This document shows positions 37,001 through 44,295 of a stretch of 53,142 nucleotides of DNA, one piece after another (the stretch's first letter is position 1; each line of letters begins with the position of its first letter). A program made the translations under genes and the position numbers. The notes beneath the pieces were generated by a model. That model was not told where the DNA came from and made no database searches. It saw only the letters and a program-made list of their open reading frames with translations. The stretch comes from a virus (taxonomy: Duplodnaviria > Caudoviricetes). The stretch lies in the IMG/VR virus record IMGVR_UViG_3300034682_000455, positions 1 through 53,142 of that record. One strand, written 5' to 3'.

Positions 37001-39917
37001 TCTCAAGCGCTTACCCGAACTGCTGGAAACACCGGTTATGGTGCTGCGCTCTGACTCCGTGGATGGGCGCTTTGTGGTGGTGACTTCTGAGATGGTGCGC
37101 GGTTCGCCGCTGGTGGTGGCCATCAGCCCGGAGGTGACGCGCGGGAATGTGGCGCTGAATTTTGTGCCGAGCCTGTATCCCAAGGAGGACTTGAAGGCTA
37201 TCCAGCGATGGCTGAATGGAGGGCGAGACGGCAAGCGGTTGCTGGCGTATCTGGACCAAAAGCAAAGCCCTGAGTGGTTCGGGTCAACAGGGCTCCAATT
37301 GCCAAGCGAATACCGCACCACCCAGGGCTTGCAAGCTCGAAATGTAGCCACACAGGCCGATGCTGTCAATGACGCGCCCCCAGGGCAGGCCATGTTCAGC
37401 CGCTCCCAGCCAGCAGACGCCATCCGCTCCAGCATGGGCAGCCTGACGGCCGACCAGGAGCGGGCCTACCTGGCCGTGGCCGGGTATGACAAAGTGCCCA
37501 CGCTGCGCGAGCGATTCGATCAGCTGCGCGCCAACCTGGGCCTGCGCATGAAGCAGGCGATGGTCGACCAGTTCGCCCCGATTGCGCAGCTGGACCAGAA
37601 CGCCTACATGCTGGCGCGCATGTCCAAGGGCAGCGACGGCACCCTGGAGGCAGCGTTGCTGTACGGCCGCCCGTTCCTGCGCGATGGCGTGCCGGATGTG
37701 GACGTGAAAGAGGGCGGCTTTGCCAAGGTGCTGGCCGGCCTGCAGGGTGAGCACGACCGCTTCCTGATGCACGTGGCGGCCCAGCGCGCAGAAAACCTCA
37801 AGGCCCAGGGCAAGGAGAACTTGTTCAGCGATCAGGACATCACCAGCCTGAAGACGCTCAACGATGGGCTGATGCCGGACGGCAGCAGCCGCAAGCAGGC
37901 CTATGCCAAGGCCCTGGCCCAGCTCAACAGCTTCAACGAGAGCGTGCTGCGCATAGCCAAGGAATCCGGGCTGATTGATCAGGACGCCTACGACCTGATG
38001 CGCGACCAGCCCTATGTGCCCTTCTACCGCCTGATGGAGGAAGAGGGCGGCCTGCAGGGGCCCAGCTTCTCCAAGGGGCTGACCAACCAGAAGGCCTGGA
38101 AGAAGCTCAAGGGCGGAACCGAGCAGCTCAATGCCGACTTGCTGCAGAACATGCTGCTCAACTGGGGCAATCTGTACGCCGCATCGGCCCGCAACCGCGC
38201 CGCGCTGGCCACCATGGATGCGGCCGACAAAATGGCCGTGGCCTACAAGGTGCCCAGCGACACCAAGGGCGCTGCCAAGGTGATGCGCGACGGGGTGACC
38301 GAGCACTGGATGGTGGAGGATCCCTACCTGCTGGAGGCCATCAGCGCGCTGAACTACCAGGCCAGCCCCCTGATGAAGCCGCTGGCCAAGGCCAAGCAGT
38401 GGCTGACCTGGGGCGTGACGGTGAACCCCACCTTCAAGGTGCGCAACCTGATCCGTGATGTGGTGTCCTCGATGGCCATGGCTGATCTGAGCTACAACCC
38501 GGCGGCCAACGTCGCCAATGGCTGGAAGCTGACGGCGCGCGATTCGCAGGTCTATGCCTCGATGCTGGCTTCCGGCGGCGTGATCAAGTTCGGCACGCAA
38601 GAGCAAACCGACCGCGCCCGCAAGCAGGTGGCCAAGCTGTCTGGCGTGATGCTGGACCAGAACGGTGCCCAGAAGTTGTGGTCGCAGGTCAAGGCGCTGT
38701 ACGCGGTCTATGACGAATTTGGTGACCGGACCGAGAACATCAACCGCGCGGCCCTCTATGACCGGCTGATCGCCAAGGGCCACAACCATGCCGAAGCCAG
38801 TTTCATGGCGCGCGACCTGATGGACTTCTCCATGGGCGGCAGTGCGCCTGTGGTGCGCTTCCTGACGCAATCGGTGCCATTCCTCAATGCCCGCCTACAG
38901 GGGCTGTACAAGCTCGGCCGCTCCGCCAAGGAAGATCCCCGCCGCTTCGCCACCGTGGCCATGGCGGTGAGCATGGCATCGCTGGGGCTGCTGGCGGCCT
39001 ATGCGGACGACGAGGACTGGAAGCGCCGCGAGGACTGGGACCGCGACAGCTACTGGTGGTTCAAGATCGGCGAAACCGCCTACCGGATTCCCAAGCCGTT
39101 TGAGGTGGGCGCCATCGGCACGCTGGCCGAGCGCACGGCCGAGGCGATGTTCAGCGAGGAGATGGACAGCAAGCGGTTCATGGAACGCATCAGCCACATG
39201 GTCAGCCAGACCTTTGCGTTTGACCCGATGCCCCAGGCGTTCAAGCCCCTGCTGGACATTTACGCCAACAAGGACAGCTTCACCGGCCGCGCGATCGAAA
39301 GCCAGGCCGACCAGCGGCTGCGCCCGGAGGACCGCTACAACGAGCGGACCTCGGAAGCGGCACGTTTCCTGGGCCAGGTGGGTTTGCCAGACCCCGCCCG
39401 ACTGATGAAGGGCGAGTATGCCGGCTTGAGCCCCAAGCAGATCGACCACCTGCTGCGTGGCTACTTCTCATGGATGGCCACGGCATCCACGGTGGCCACC
39501 GACATGTTGCTGCGCAACACCGTGGTGGATCGTGGCGAAAGCCCGGCAATGCGCCTGAAGGACGTGTTCCTGGTGGGCAACTTTGCCGAGGGCCTGCCAA
39601 CGGGCAGCAGCCGCTATGTCACCGCCATGTACGAGCAGTCCAAGTCGGTGGAGCAGGCCTATGCTGCGTACCGCGATGCGCTGGCCTCTGGCGACCATGC
39701 CAAGGCGAGCGAGATCATGGACAGCAGTGGTGAACTGATCCGCAGCCGCGGGGCCGTGAACACGGCCACCAAGCTGCTGGCGCAGCTCAACAGCCAAGCC
39801 AAGCGGGTGCAGGCTGACACGAACATGAGTTCGGACGAGAAGCGGGAGCGTTTGACGCGGATTGAGCAGCGCCGGCATGAGATCGCCAAGCGGGTGATGG
39901 GCAGCTCGGCTACTTGA
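31017..39917 (+). CDS. Giant polyvalent virion/ejection protein (~2966 aa): ParB/Srx-like, LPD1-like zincin, second HExxH zincin, MuF-C-like and LPD38-like domains
   Basis: ILVSSDGYVVDGHHQW; FGFRGVEFGNW...LAFGARG...GHEWWH; YHEVLGHHGL; LPELLETPVMVLRS; DSYWWFKIG....RIPKPFEVG. Confidence 0.85.
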   Translation: MSTQNPFADPNFGRSDAPVNGQPSASNPFADPDFGKAPATPRRSLLAAINDTVIEGANAAAGTASAVANFVRPGNAASQWIDKNIVEAGEAAQSDVVKAEKARYSQEMQDADGMGGEVGATLGYVARNPLLAAAQGAGSFATPGVAIKGATAGARALGLGTKGTTRAGLAAGAGVGAAGAGGDAAGTAYELSREGGATDEQALAAGRSASVLPGLIGAAGGLVGAERLVAGAGGFKGGLVARALKTGAVEGAQEALEEGVTQYEGQRAAVPFNPELDPMKGVAGAATMGAVLGGMTGAGASVLTPSQHLGIDRANGPLSRVAADAVDSAPAAEPAPEQPPTPLQLAYNPDPMIVFPDGTTGTRAQLDAYIEGLPEDQRIAARARLMGMAPQAADSHLPPEGWQEQYQDQPVRELPPVANPLADMQQAVREATDYTDAGKVEAVRGELEDAWLALNVGEAQPVAAGQASNEAQAPQDADPADLTTETNARLRAGRVASGVRNAFDGGAPNTLRVIQHVNQGLRTIGEQPLTSPEIARIRRLADARTAFAGLNQRADLPADPAPAVDANADNSAMEALIPERPALQPAMEQGTPGGAAAPAQRTPAGNADIAGDRVGGEWVAFGPSSGTLGVPRARMPQVDAAHRGALVNYLKGQGIASEQAEVPANSLKPTQAEFSEAKVRKASKRTGGDRAILVSSDGYVVDGHHQWLAKRQDGQPVKVLQLQAPISQLLPLVGDFPSARTAEGAQATSQGQPSNGPATPLNDESQAAAPDAPQVQTPGSAVPQQEGVADATQTTQAQQIGAQPQAQAAAGAQSAEPPSAPQLDVAPGVARKRTAGDNARSRSYDANPMRAFLGKHGVSLNSRSEFAPGLQELRGTMVPGYGPVFRKTGKPLDLLVHNAIEEGFLPEGATDADLYELIDRAVRRSERVDPMFTADAAEQQMRAMFDREAQLQMEAQQAIDEEVAAYEAVLAQELADTYSAQELEAIDAAIPFDAPSNVSTAAAMRALGFSDQEIEDAIRNERQQAQPASTGPGQTDGTRTGSPQTGAGAGQGIESTGQELSTYTREEVLARQAAQSLSQAEQAKADREAELRDQAERNQREIQARQAASAENFQLGQDPMAGLSGQTSIFDAPAQPEGQAEPAKPAPTPKTADTSRPAQRIEDVGEKIGGARKDVWSGFRDDIGAVPDDAIAEQPLSKVWPQPDYQKLIDAGHDAGTVAMVRSLRDAIPTKPRQSFKVHRWAAQVKELRAFALEMLDGQMPHQKLRTELLKAGSRDLRGIAGRAELYEAVGHGQSLEGITFGEHFYTLYKGKPNVTLWAVEQAANSSSFGNWPRELATGDTKEQALEAFKKLHANQAKQEAKANVPSFDIWSTRRTGEIHVGKKIGRNYAELAGPFKTVREAREYRDQNLDALTTKLEKYKEVPVERADTNRPRVGQDMRQGLDVTPEQFREAFGFRGVEFGNWVEQGRRQQDLNDAFDALMDMAAVLQLPPKAISLNGELGLAFGARGAGGKNPAAAHYERGKVVINLTKKSGAGSLGHEWWHAVDNYFARMRGQADDMLTEASDVSVLSRGPAKTFAPNANVRPEMVQAFAEVIKAINNTSLRARAAVLDARRAKEYWGTDPELSARAFESYLIAKLEDQNASNDYLANVVDEQFWEAQAALGMRLEGSYPYAKAGEVPAIRAAFDHFFHTVETKETDKGVAMFSRTERPAVFNTTAVQMRRAMVQRTVGSLTQGWGQSPRITVVDSMNDPRVPEAVREADQAQRSQGATGEPEGFWYQGQVYLVASALPTSADATRVLYHEVLGHHGLRGRFGAELDKVLDQVAKLRPKDVAAKASEYGLDMGNPDHVAYAAEEVLAELAQTRPDLGFVQRAIAAIRNFLRSHVPGFKALELTDADIVQGYLLPARGWVERGSPAEASGAAEPAFARHPGFSAAVDAAIKAGQLGEVGNGQHIEIATLPTALSAAGIPEGNLRTSAKVLQKVVFDHGVTPSVLKRLPELLETPVMVLRSDSVDGRFVVVTSEMVRGSPLVVAISPEVTRGNVALNFVPSLYPKEDLKAIQRWLNGGRDGKRLLAYLDQKQSPEWFGSTGLQLPSEYRTTQGLQARNVATQADAVNDAPPGQAMFSRSQPADAIRSSMGSLTADQERAYLAVAGYDKVPTLRERFDQLRANLGLRMKQAMVDQFAPIAQLDQNAYMLARMSKGSDGTLEAALLYGRPFLRDGVPDVDVKEGGFAKVLAGLQGEHDRFLMHVAAQRAENLKAQGKENLFSDQDITSLKTLNDGLMPDGSSRKQAYAKALAQLNSFNESVLRIAKESGLIDQDAYDLMRDQPYVPFYRLMEEEGGLQGPSFSKGLTNQKAWKKLKGGTEQLNADLLQNMLLNWGNLYAASARNRAALATMDAADKMAVAYKVPSDTKGAAKVMRDGVTEHWMVEDPYLLEAISALNYQASPLMKPLAKAKQWLTWGVTVNPTFKVRNLIRDVVSSMAMADLSYNPAANVANGWKLTARDSQVYASMLASGGVIKFGTQEQTDRARKQVAKLSGVMLDQNGAQKLWSQVKALYAVYDEFGDRTENINRAALYDRLIAKGHNHAEASFMARDLMDFSMGGSAPVVRFLTQSVPFLNARLQGLYKLGRSAKEDPRRFATVAMAVSMASLGLLAAYADDEDWKRREDWDRDSYWWFKIGETAYRIPKPFEVGAIGTLAERTAEAMFSEEMDSKRFMERISHMVSQTFAFDPMPQAFKPLLDIYANKDSFTGRAIESQADQRLRPEDRYNERTSEAARFLGQVGLPDPARLMKGEYAGLSPKQIDHLLRGYFSWMATASTVATDMLLRNTVVDRGESPAMRLKDVFLVGNFAEGLPTGSSRYVTAMYEQSKSVEQAYAAYRDALASGDHAKASEIMDSSGELIRSRGAVNTATKLLAQLNSQAKRVQADTNMSSDEKRERLTRIEQRRHEIAKRVMGSSAT

Positions 39918-40209
39918 GCTTTTCCCAGCAAAAGGCAAGGAAGCTGGCCAGGAACACCAGACTGGCCAGCGCCAACGCCCACTTGAAGGTGATGATCAGC
40001 CAGCCCACAAACAAACACGCCCCAAGGCAGCCCCAGCCTTTGGCGCGTGATTGCTTAAAGCCATCCTTGACGATGACGTAGACAAGGAAGGCATAGAAAA
40101 ACAGGATCATCCCCAGGCCATCCCCTTGGCTGTATTCCATGTCGGCTTGCCAACTGGCGAGGGCAGCAGCTGGGCACAAGGCAAGGGCGAGGGTGGTTTG
40201 CTTGAGCAT
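39910..40209 (-). CDS. Small membrane protein with signal peptide (99 aa), moron
   Basis: N-terminal signal-like segment plus 2-3 hydrophobic spans; antisense; stop overlaps the end of the giant gene. Confidence 0.7.
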   Translation of the reverse strand: MLKQTTLALALCPAAALASWQADMEYSQGDGLGMILFFYAFLVYVIVKDGFKQSRAKGWGCLGACLFVGWLIITFKWALALASLVFLASFLAFCWEKLK

Positions 40210-40310
40210 GCCGGATTATGTGGGCGGGCACTCTCGCAGTGCATTCCGCCCATCCTCCGGTGGCCTCGGTATGGTCGTAACAGAAGCCAATCCACTTCCA
40301 AATTAGATGG

Positions 40311-40334
40311 CTCTGCTTTCGACCCATAGCAGTC
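40311..40334 (-). repeat. 24-nt cargo-border element, copy C
   Basis: GACTGCTATGGGTCGAAAGCAGAG on the minus strand. Confidence 0.55.
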
Positions 40335-40368
40335 ATTAGCTAGTGATAGAGGGCAAAGTTTTAGTGCT

Positions 40369-41448
40369 CTATCCTTTCTTTACTGGGCGGCGGATCAACA
40401 CAACAACCAGCGTCACGACCGTCAGCGGTACGACGAAGCTGAGCATGACGCCCGAGAATGCTGGCAGCGCATCGTGCTGCTGCGCGGCCATGATCAAGTA
40501 AGCCACGTATGCGACGTAGTAGCCCAGAAAGACCCCGCCTTCCCAGCGAGCGATCTCGCGACCAGTCATGAACACGGGGAGGCAGGCAAACGACACTGCC
40601 ACCATGACCCAGATGTCAAAGGCCAGCAGCGATGGAGCCATGTCCAACCCCAGGTCACCCGACACTAGGCCCGAGACACCCAGGCAGCCCAGAATGTTGA
40701 AGGTATTGCTTCCCACCACATTGCCTACTGCGATGTCCCGTTCGCCCTTGATGACTGCGGCGATGCTGGTGGCAACCTCGGGCATGCTGGTACCAGCGGC
40801 AACGATGGTCAGCCCAATGATCAGGTCGCTCACACCCATGGCCTTTGCGAAACTCACCGATGCTTGCACTAGGTACTCGGAGCCGAACACTAACGCAGCT
40901 AGGCCAGCGGCAATCAGCAGCAACTGAACCAGCAACCGATCGTCCCAGGCGCCGGGGGCAGAGGGTTTGATCTCACCCGCGTATTCGTCCTTGGCGAGCT
41001 GGGTTTCGCGCCGTGACTGCACGATCAGGAACACTGTGTAAGACACCAGCAGCACGAAGAGAAAACCGCCATCGAAAAACGAAAGTTGACCGTCCAACCC
41101 CAAGGCGAGCAAGAGAAAACATGCACCGATCATGATCGGTACCTCCTGGCGTATCAGCTGAATGTTGACCACCAGCGGTGCAATCAACGCGCTGATGCCA
41201 AGGATGAACAGAACGTTGAATATGTTGCTGCCCACCACGTTGCCAATGGCAATGTCGGTTTTCCCATCGAGCACGGCCCCCACGCTGACTGCAACCTCGG
41301 GTGCGCTTGTGCCGAGCGCAACGATCGTCAGTCCCACGACCAGCGGACTGATGCCAAACGACAGGGCCAGCTTGGAAGAGCCTCGCACCAACAAGCTGGC
41401 ACCCATGACCAGCAAGAAAAGCCCGCCGAGAAATAGAAGGATGTTCAT
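40369..41448 (-). CDS. Ca2+/Na+ antiporter, CaCA (YrbG-like) family (moron)
   Basis: Two alpha repeats GTSAPE/GTSMPE, each followed by DIA.GNVVGSN.FN. Confidence 0.95.
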   Translation of the reverse strand: MNILLFLGGLFLLVMGASLLVRGSSKLALSFGISPLVVGLTIVALGTSAPEVAVSVGAVLDGKTDIAIGNVVGSNIFNVLFILGISALIAPLVVNIQLIRQEVPIMIGACFLLLALGLDGQLSFFDGGFLFVLLVSYTVFLIVQSRRETQLAKDEYAGEIKPSAPGAWDDRLLVQLLLIAAGLAALVFGSEYLVQASVSFAKAMGVSDLIIGLTIVAAGTSMPEVATSIAAVIKGERDIAVGNVVGSNTFNILGCLGVSGLVSGDLGLDMAPSLLAFDIWVMVAVSFACLPVFMTGREIARWEGGVFLGYYVAYVAYLIMAAQQHDALPAFSGVMLSFVVPLTVVTLVVVLIRRPVKKG

Positions 41449-41553
41449 GACTGAGCACTGTAGCTAAGAATCAAGTGGCACAGCTTACCAGGCGCGTACC
41501 TTTATCGAGCCTCCATGCATGCCATAGCTCGCCATAAGTCCTCCTTATAGAGC

Positions 41554-41577
41554 GTCGGCTTCTGGCCGATAGTCGAC
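41554..41577 (+). repeat. 24-nt cargo-border element, copy D
   Basis: GTCGGCTTCTGGCCGATAGTCGAC. Confidence 0.55.
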
Positions 41578-41633
41578 GCACAACACCAGATGAAGACTGT
41601 ATAGCTTGGCCGTTACACCCAGAGCAATTTTGA

Positions 41634-41671
41634 AAGCCTCAACTGCGCATGCAGTTGGGGCTTCTTTGTTT
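41634..41671 (+). terminator. Hairpin/terminator insulating the tail operon
   Basis: AAGCCTCAACTGC-GCAT-GCAGTTGGGGCTT then CTTTGTTT. Confidence 0.65.
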
Positions 41672-41673
41672 CA

Positions 41674-41715
41674 CCCCGGCTAGGGGTGGCAGCAAGTGGC
41701 AGGCCTGGAGAGACT
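41674..41715 (+). promoter_or_regulatory. Putative late promoter 6 (tail operon)
   Basis: CCCCGGCTAGGGGTGG then GAGACT, T at +35. Confidence 0.68.
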
Positions 41716-41849
41716 GGCGCCAGTTTCAGTAGGCCGGCCATTCCCATTTGCTTTTGGCGATCACTCCGCACGGATTGGTGGCTGCTGATTTTCCAAGTGC
41801 GCGGATCCTGGTCTGTGCACCTTCAGCAACCTCGTGAAGGAGTGCCACC

Positions 41850-42251
41850 ATGGCCGACACCCTGTACCCCAAAGGCAAGGAAAAACTGCTCCGCGCCCAG
41901 ATCAACATGGACAACGACACCATCTGCGCGGTGCTGCTGTCCGATGGCTACGTCTTGTCTGCCGCGCATGAGTTCCTGGCTAGCGTTGCCGCGTTCACGG
42001 TGGGCGATCCGGTGGAGCTGGCCGGCAAGTCCACTGCCGGTGGCGTTTTTGACTGCAACGACCCCGAGTTTCTGGCACTGCCCGCGGGCCAGGTGGCCCA
42101 GGCCGTGGTGATCTACAAGAACACCGGCGTGCCCGAAACCTCCGCACTGATTGGCTACTTCGACAACGTGACCGGCTTCCCCGCACAGACCAATGGCGGC
42201 AATTTGCTGGTGCGCATCAGCAACGGCGCCAACAAGCTGTTTGCCCTGTAA
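41850..42251 (+). CDS. Tail-associated structural protein (133 aa)
   Basis: AAGGAG RBS; LY.KGKEK.L, TNGGN...NG.NKLF.L motifs. Confidence 0.7.
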   Translation: MADTLYPKGKEKLLRAQINMDNDTICAVLLSDGYVLSAAHEFLASVAAFTVGDPVELAGKSTAGGVFDCNDPEFLALPAGQVAQAVVIYKNTGVPETSALIGYFDNVTGFPAQTNGGNLLVRISNGANKLFAL

Positions 42252-42263
42252 GGAGCCACTGAC

Positions 42264-43433
42264 ATGACGCACAAACTCGCTGCCCGTGTGGGGGCACAAA
42301 GCGCCGTGGTGGGCACCGCGGCCGTGACCTTTGGTGCTGCGCTGGCTGCGCACAAGGCCTTTGGCGCAGTGCTGGCCACGGGCGATACCACCGAATACCT
42401 GCTGTATGCGTGTGACGCTAATGGCGCGGCCACTGGCGCATGGGAAGTAGGCGTGGGGACGTACTACGGCCCCGACGATGTGGGTGGCGAGCGCCTGGAG
42501 CGCACCACCGTGCACGAAAACTCCGCCGGCACGGCCGTGGCCATCGACTTTGCGGCCGGGGACAAGCGCGTCGTGATCACGCCGCTGGCCTCGCGCCTGG
42601 CCATGATCCCGCCCGGTGGGGCCGAGGGCCAGATGCTGGCGCTGGATGCCACCACGGGCAAACTCAAGTGGGTGGACGCGCCTTCAGGCGGTGGTGGTAC
42701 GCCTTTGCTGCCGCTGCCCGACTACCGCTTGTTCCTGTTTGTGCGCGATGACGGCAGCGACACCAACACTGGGCTGGAGAACACAGCCGGTGGCGCCTTG
42801 AAAACGCTGGATGCAGCCTTGGCCAAGGTCTATACCTACGACATCCCCGAAGGCGACACTGTGACGATTACGTTCGGCAGTGGCACCTACTCCTGCTACG
42901 ACTTCCCGCAGCCCGCCAGCCACCCGCTGGAGTTCACGATCTCCTTGGAGCCTGATTCCGCCGCGACCGTGGTGTTTGACGTTCTGGGGCTTGGGATCAC
43001 CAAGCAGTTGGTCGAGGCCGAGAATGTTCGCATTTGCAAGTCCAACTTGAAGAACGCGGCGCTGTACGACATAACCTTGGGCGACGCTGTGGACGGCGTT
43101 TCAGACGCCACGCTCACTGTGAGCAAGGACGGCAATGTGGCCGTCTACGGCTGCACTGCTGTGGGGGACTGCCGCCAGCGCTTTGTGACGGAACAGGGCG
43201 CCAAGCTGGAGGTTTACACCTTGTCGTTCTCCGCCGGTTCGCACCACAGCACCGCAGTGTGTGAGCTGGGCCCCTTTTCAGAGATTGCCCTTGTTGATTT
43301 CACCGGAACAACCACCGGCAAGAAGTTCAACATGGCCAGTTTCAGCATCCTGCGCTCGCCGGGTGAGGGTGGTATGGCGGCGCTGCCCGGTGATAGCGAT
43401 GGCTATCTGCCCACTGCCGGATATGTGATCTAA
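42264..43433 (+). CDS. Putative tail fibre/spike
   Basis: WEVGVGTY...L.RTTV..NS anchor; FVRDDGSDTNTGL...ALKTL.AA motif that typically starts a beta-helix. Confidence 0.7.
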   Translation: MTHKLAARVGAQSAVVGTAAVTFGAALAAHKAFGAVLATGDTTEYLLYACDANGAATGAWEVGVGTYYGPDDVGGERLERTTVHENSAGTAVAIDFAAGDKRVVITPLASRLAMIPPGGAEGQMLALDATTGKLKWVDAPSGGGGTPLLPLPDYRLFLFVRDDGSDTNTGLENTAGGALKTLDAALAKVYTYDIPEGDTVTITFGSGTYSCYDFPQPASHPLEFTISLEPDSAATVVFDVLGLGITKQLVEAENVRICKSNLKNAALYDITLGDAVDGVSDATLTVSKDGNVAVYGCTAVGDCRQRFVTEQGAKLEVYTLSFSAGSHHSTAVCELGPFSEIALVDFTGTTTGKKFNMASFSILRSPGEGGMAALPGDSDGYLPTAGYVI

Positions 43434-43443
43434 GGCGCTGACC

Positions 43444-44295
43444 ATGGCTGTTGCGACCTCTGCCCTGGGCGTCCATGCCATTGCCGGCGGGGTGCCGGCC
43501 GCCGCCCCGGCGCCCAGCGTGGCGGCCGTGCTGCTGGATGCCGGCGCCCTGGGGGCCTGCGCCATCGGCTTTGCCGCCCTGGGCGCCGAGGTGCTGCAGG
43601 TGGCCAGCCCGCCACCGCCCGCCCAGGCGGTGCTGCGCAGCGCCGGCGCCATCGGGGCGTTGGCCATCGGTGACGGCGCCCTGGGGGCAGTGGAGCTGAC
43701 GGCCGGCACGCCCGAAGCTCCCACCCAGGAGGTCCACGCCCAGGGCCTGCTGGCCACGCGCTTCGGTGGCCCGCACACGGCACAGCCCTGGTATGGACCC
43801 GCCGGCGGCCTGGCCCCGGTGCGCTTTGGCGCCGCGGCGCTGCAGCTGCGGGCCGAGGGCCTGGGCCTGCAGCAGCCGTTGGCGCAGTTCGGCGGGGCCG
43901 TGGCCTCCCAGGTGTTCGTGCGTGAGCAGGGGATGGCGCCACAAACCCGGTTCCCCGGCGCTCTGCTGGTGCAGGTGGTGCACGCGGCCGGGGCTGCGCC
44001 TTCGGCCCGCATGGGGGGCCTGTCCGCGGGCAGCGTAGCCAGCCTGCAAGGTGCTGGGCCGCTGGCCCAACTGGGCCCGCTGTCGGCGCAGCTGGTGGTG
44101 CAGGCCCAGGGCATGGCCTCTCAAACCCGCTTCGGCGGCGCCACGGCGCTGGGCAAATCCGAGGCCATCACCGAGGGCTACCAAGGCACCCAGTACGGGC
44201 AGCTGGCGCTGGCGCGCACGACCGTGTTCGCGCATTCCCTGCCGCCGACCACGCGGTTTTCACGGCACCAACTGCAATGGGGGCAGCGATGCTGA
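43444..44295 (+). CDS. Gly/Ala-rich repetitive tail protein
   Basis: Repeated AGA.GA.AIG..ALG and G....TRFG units. Confidence 0.6.
   Translation: MAVATSALGVHAIAGGVPAAAPAPSVAAVLLDAGALGACAIGFAALGAEVLQVASPPPPAQAVLRSAGAIGALAIGDGALGAVELTAGTPEAPTQEVHAQGLLATRFGGPHTAQPWYGPAGGLAPVRFGAAALQLRAEGLGLQQPLAQFGGAVASQVFVREQGMAPQTRFPGALLVQVVHAAGAAPSARMGGLSAGSVASLQGAGPLAQLGPLSAQLVVQAQGMASQTRFGGATALGKSEAITEGYQGTQYGQLALARTTVFAHSLPPTTRFSRHQLQWGQRC

Noticed and set aside
40055-40336. 93-aa ORF starting MTAMGRKQS
   Set aside because: Its start is just the translation of cargo element C, and it overlaps the better-supported membrane protein in another frame
27500-41600. Integron cassettes, pdif modules or IS-borne cargo as the explanation for the inserts
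   Set aside because: No attC core sites, XerC/D sites, transposase, terminal inverted repeats or target duplications recognised
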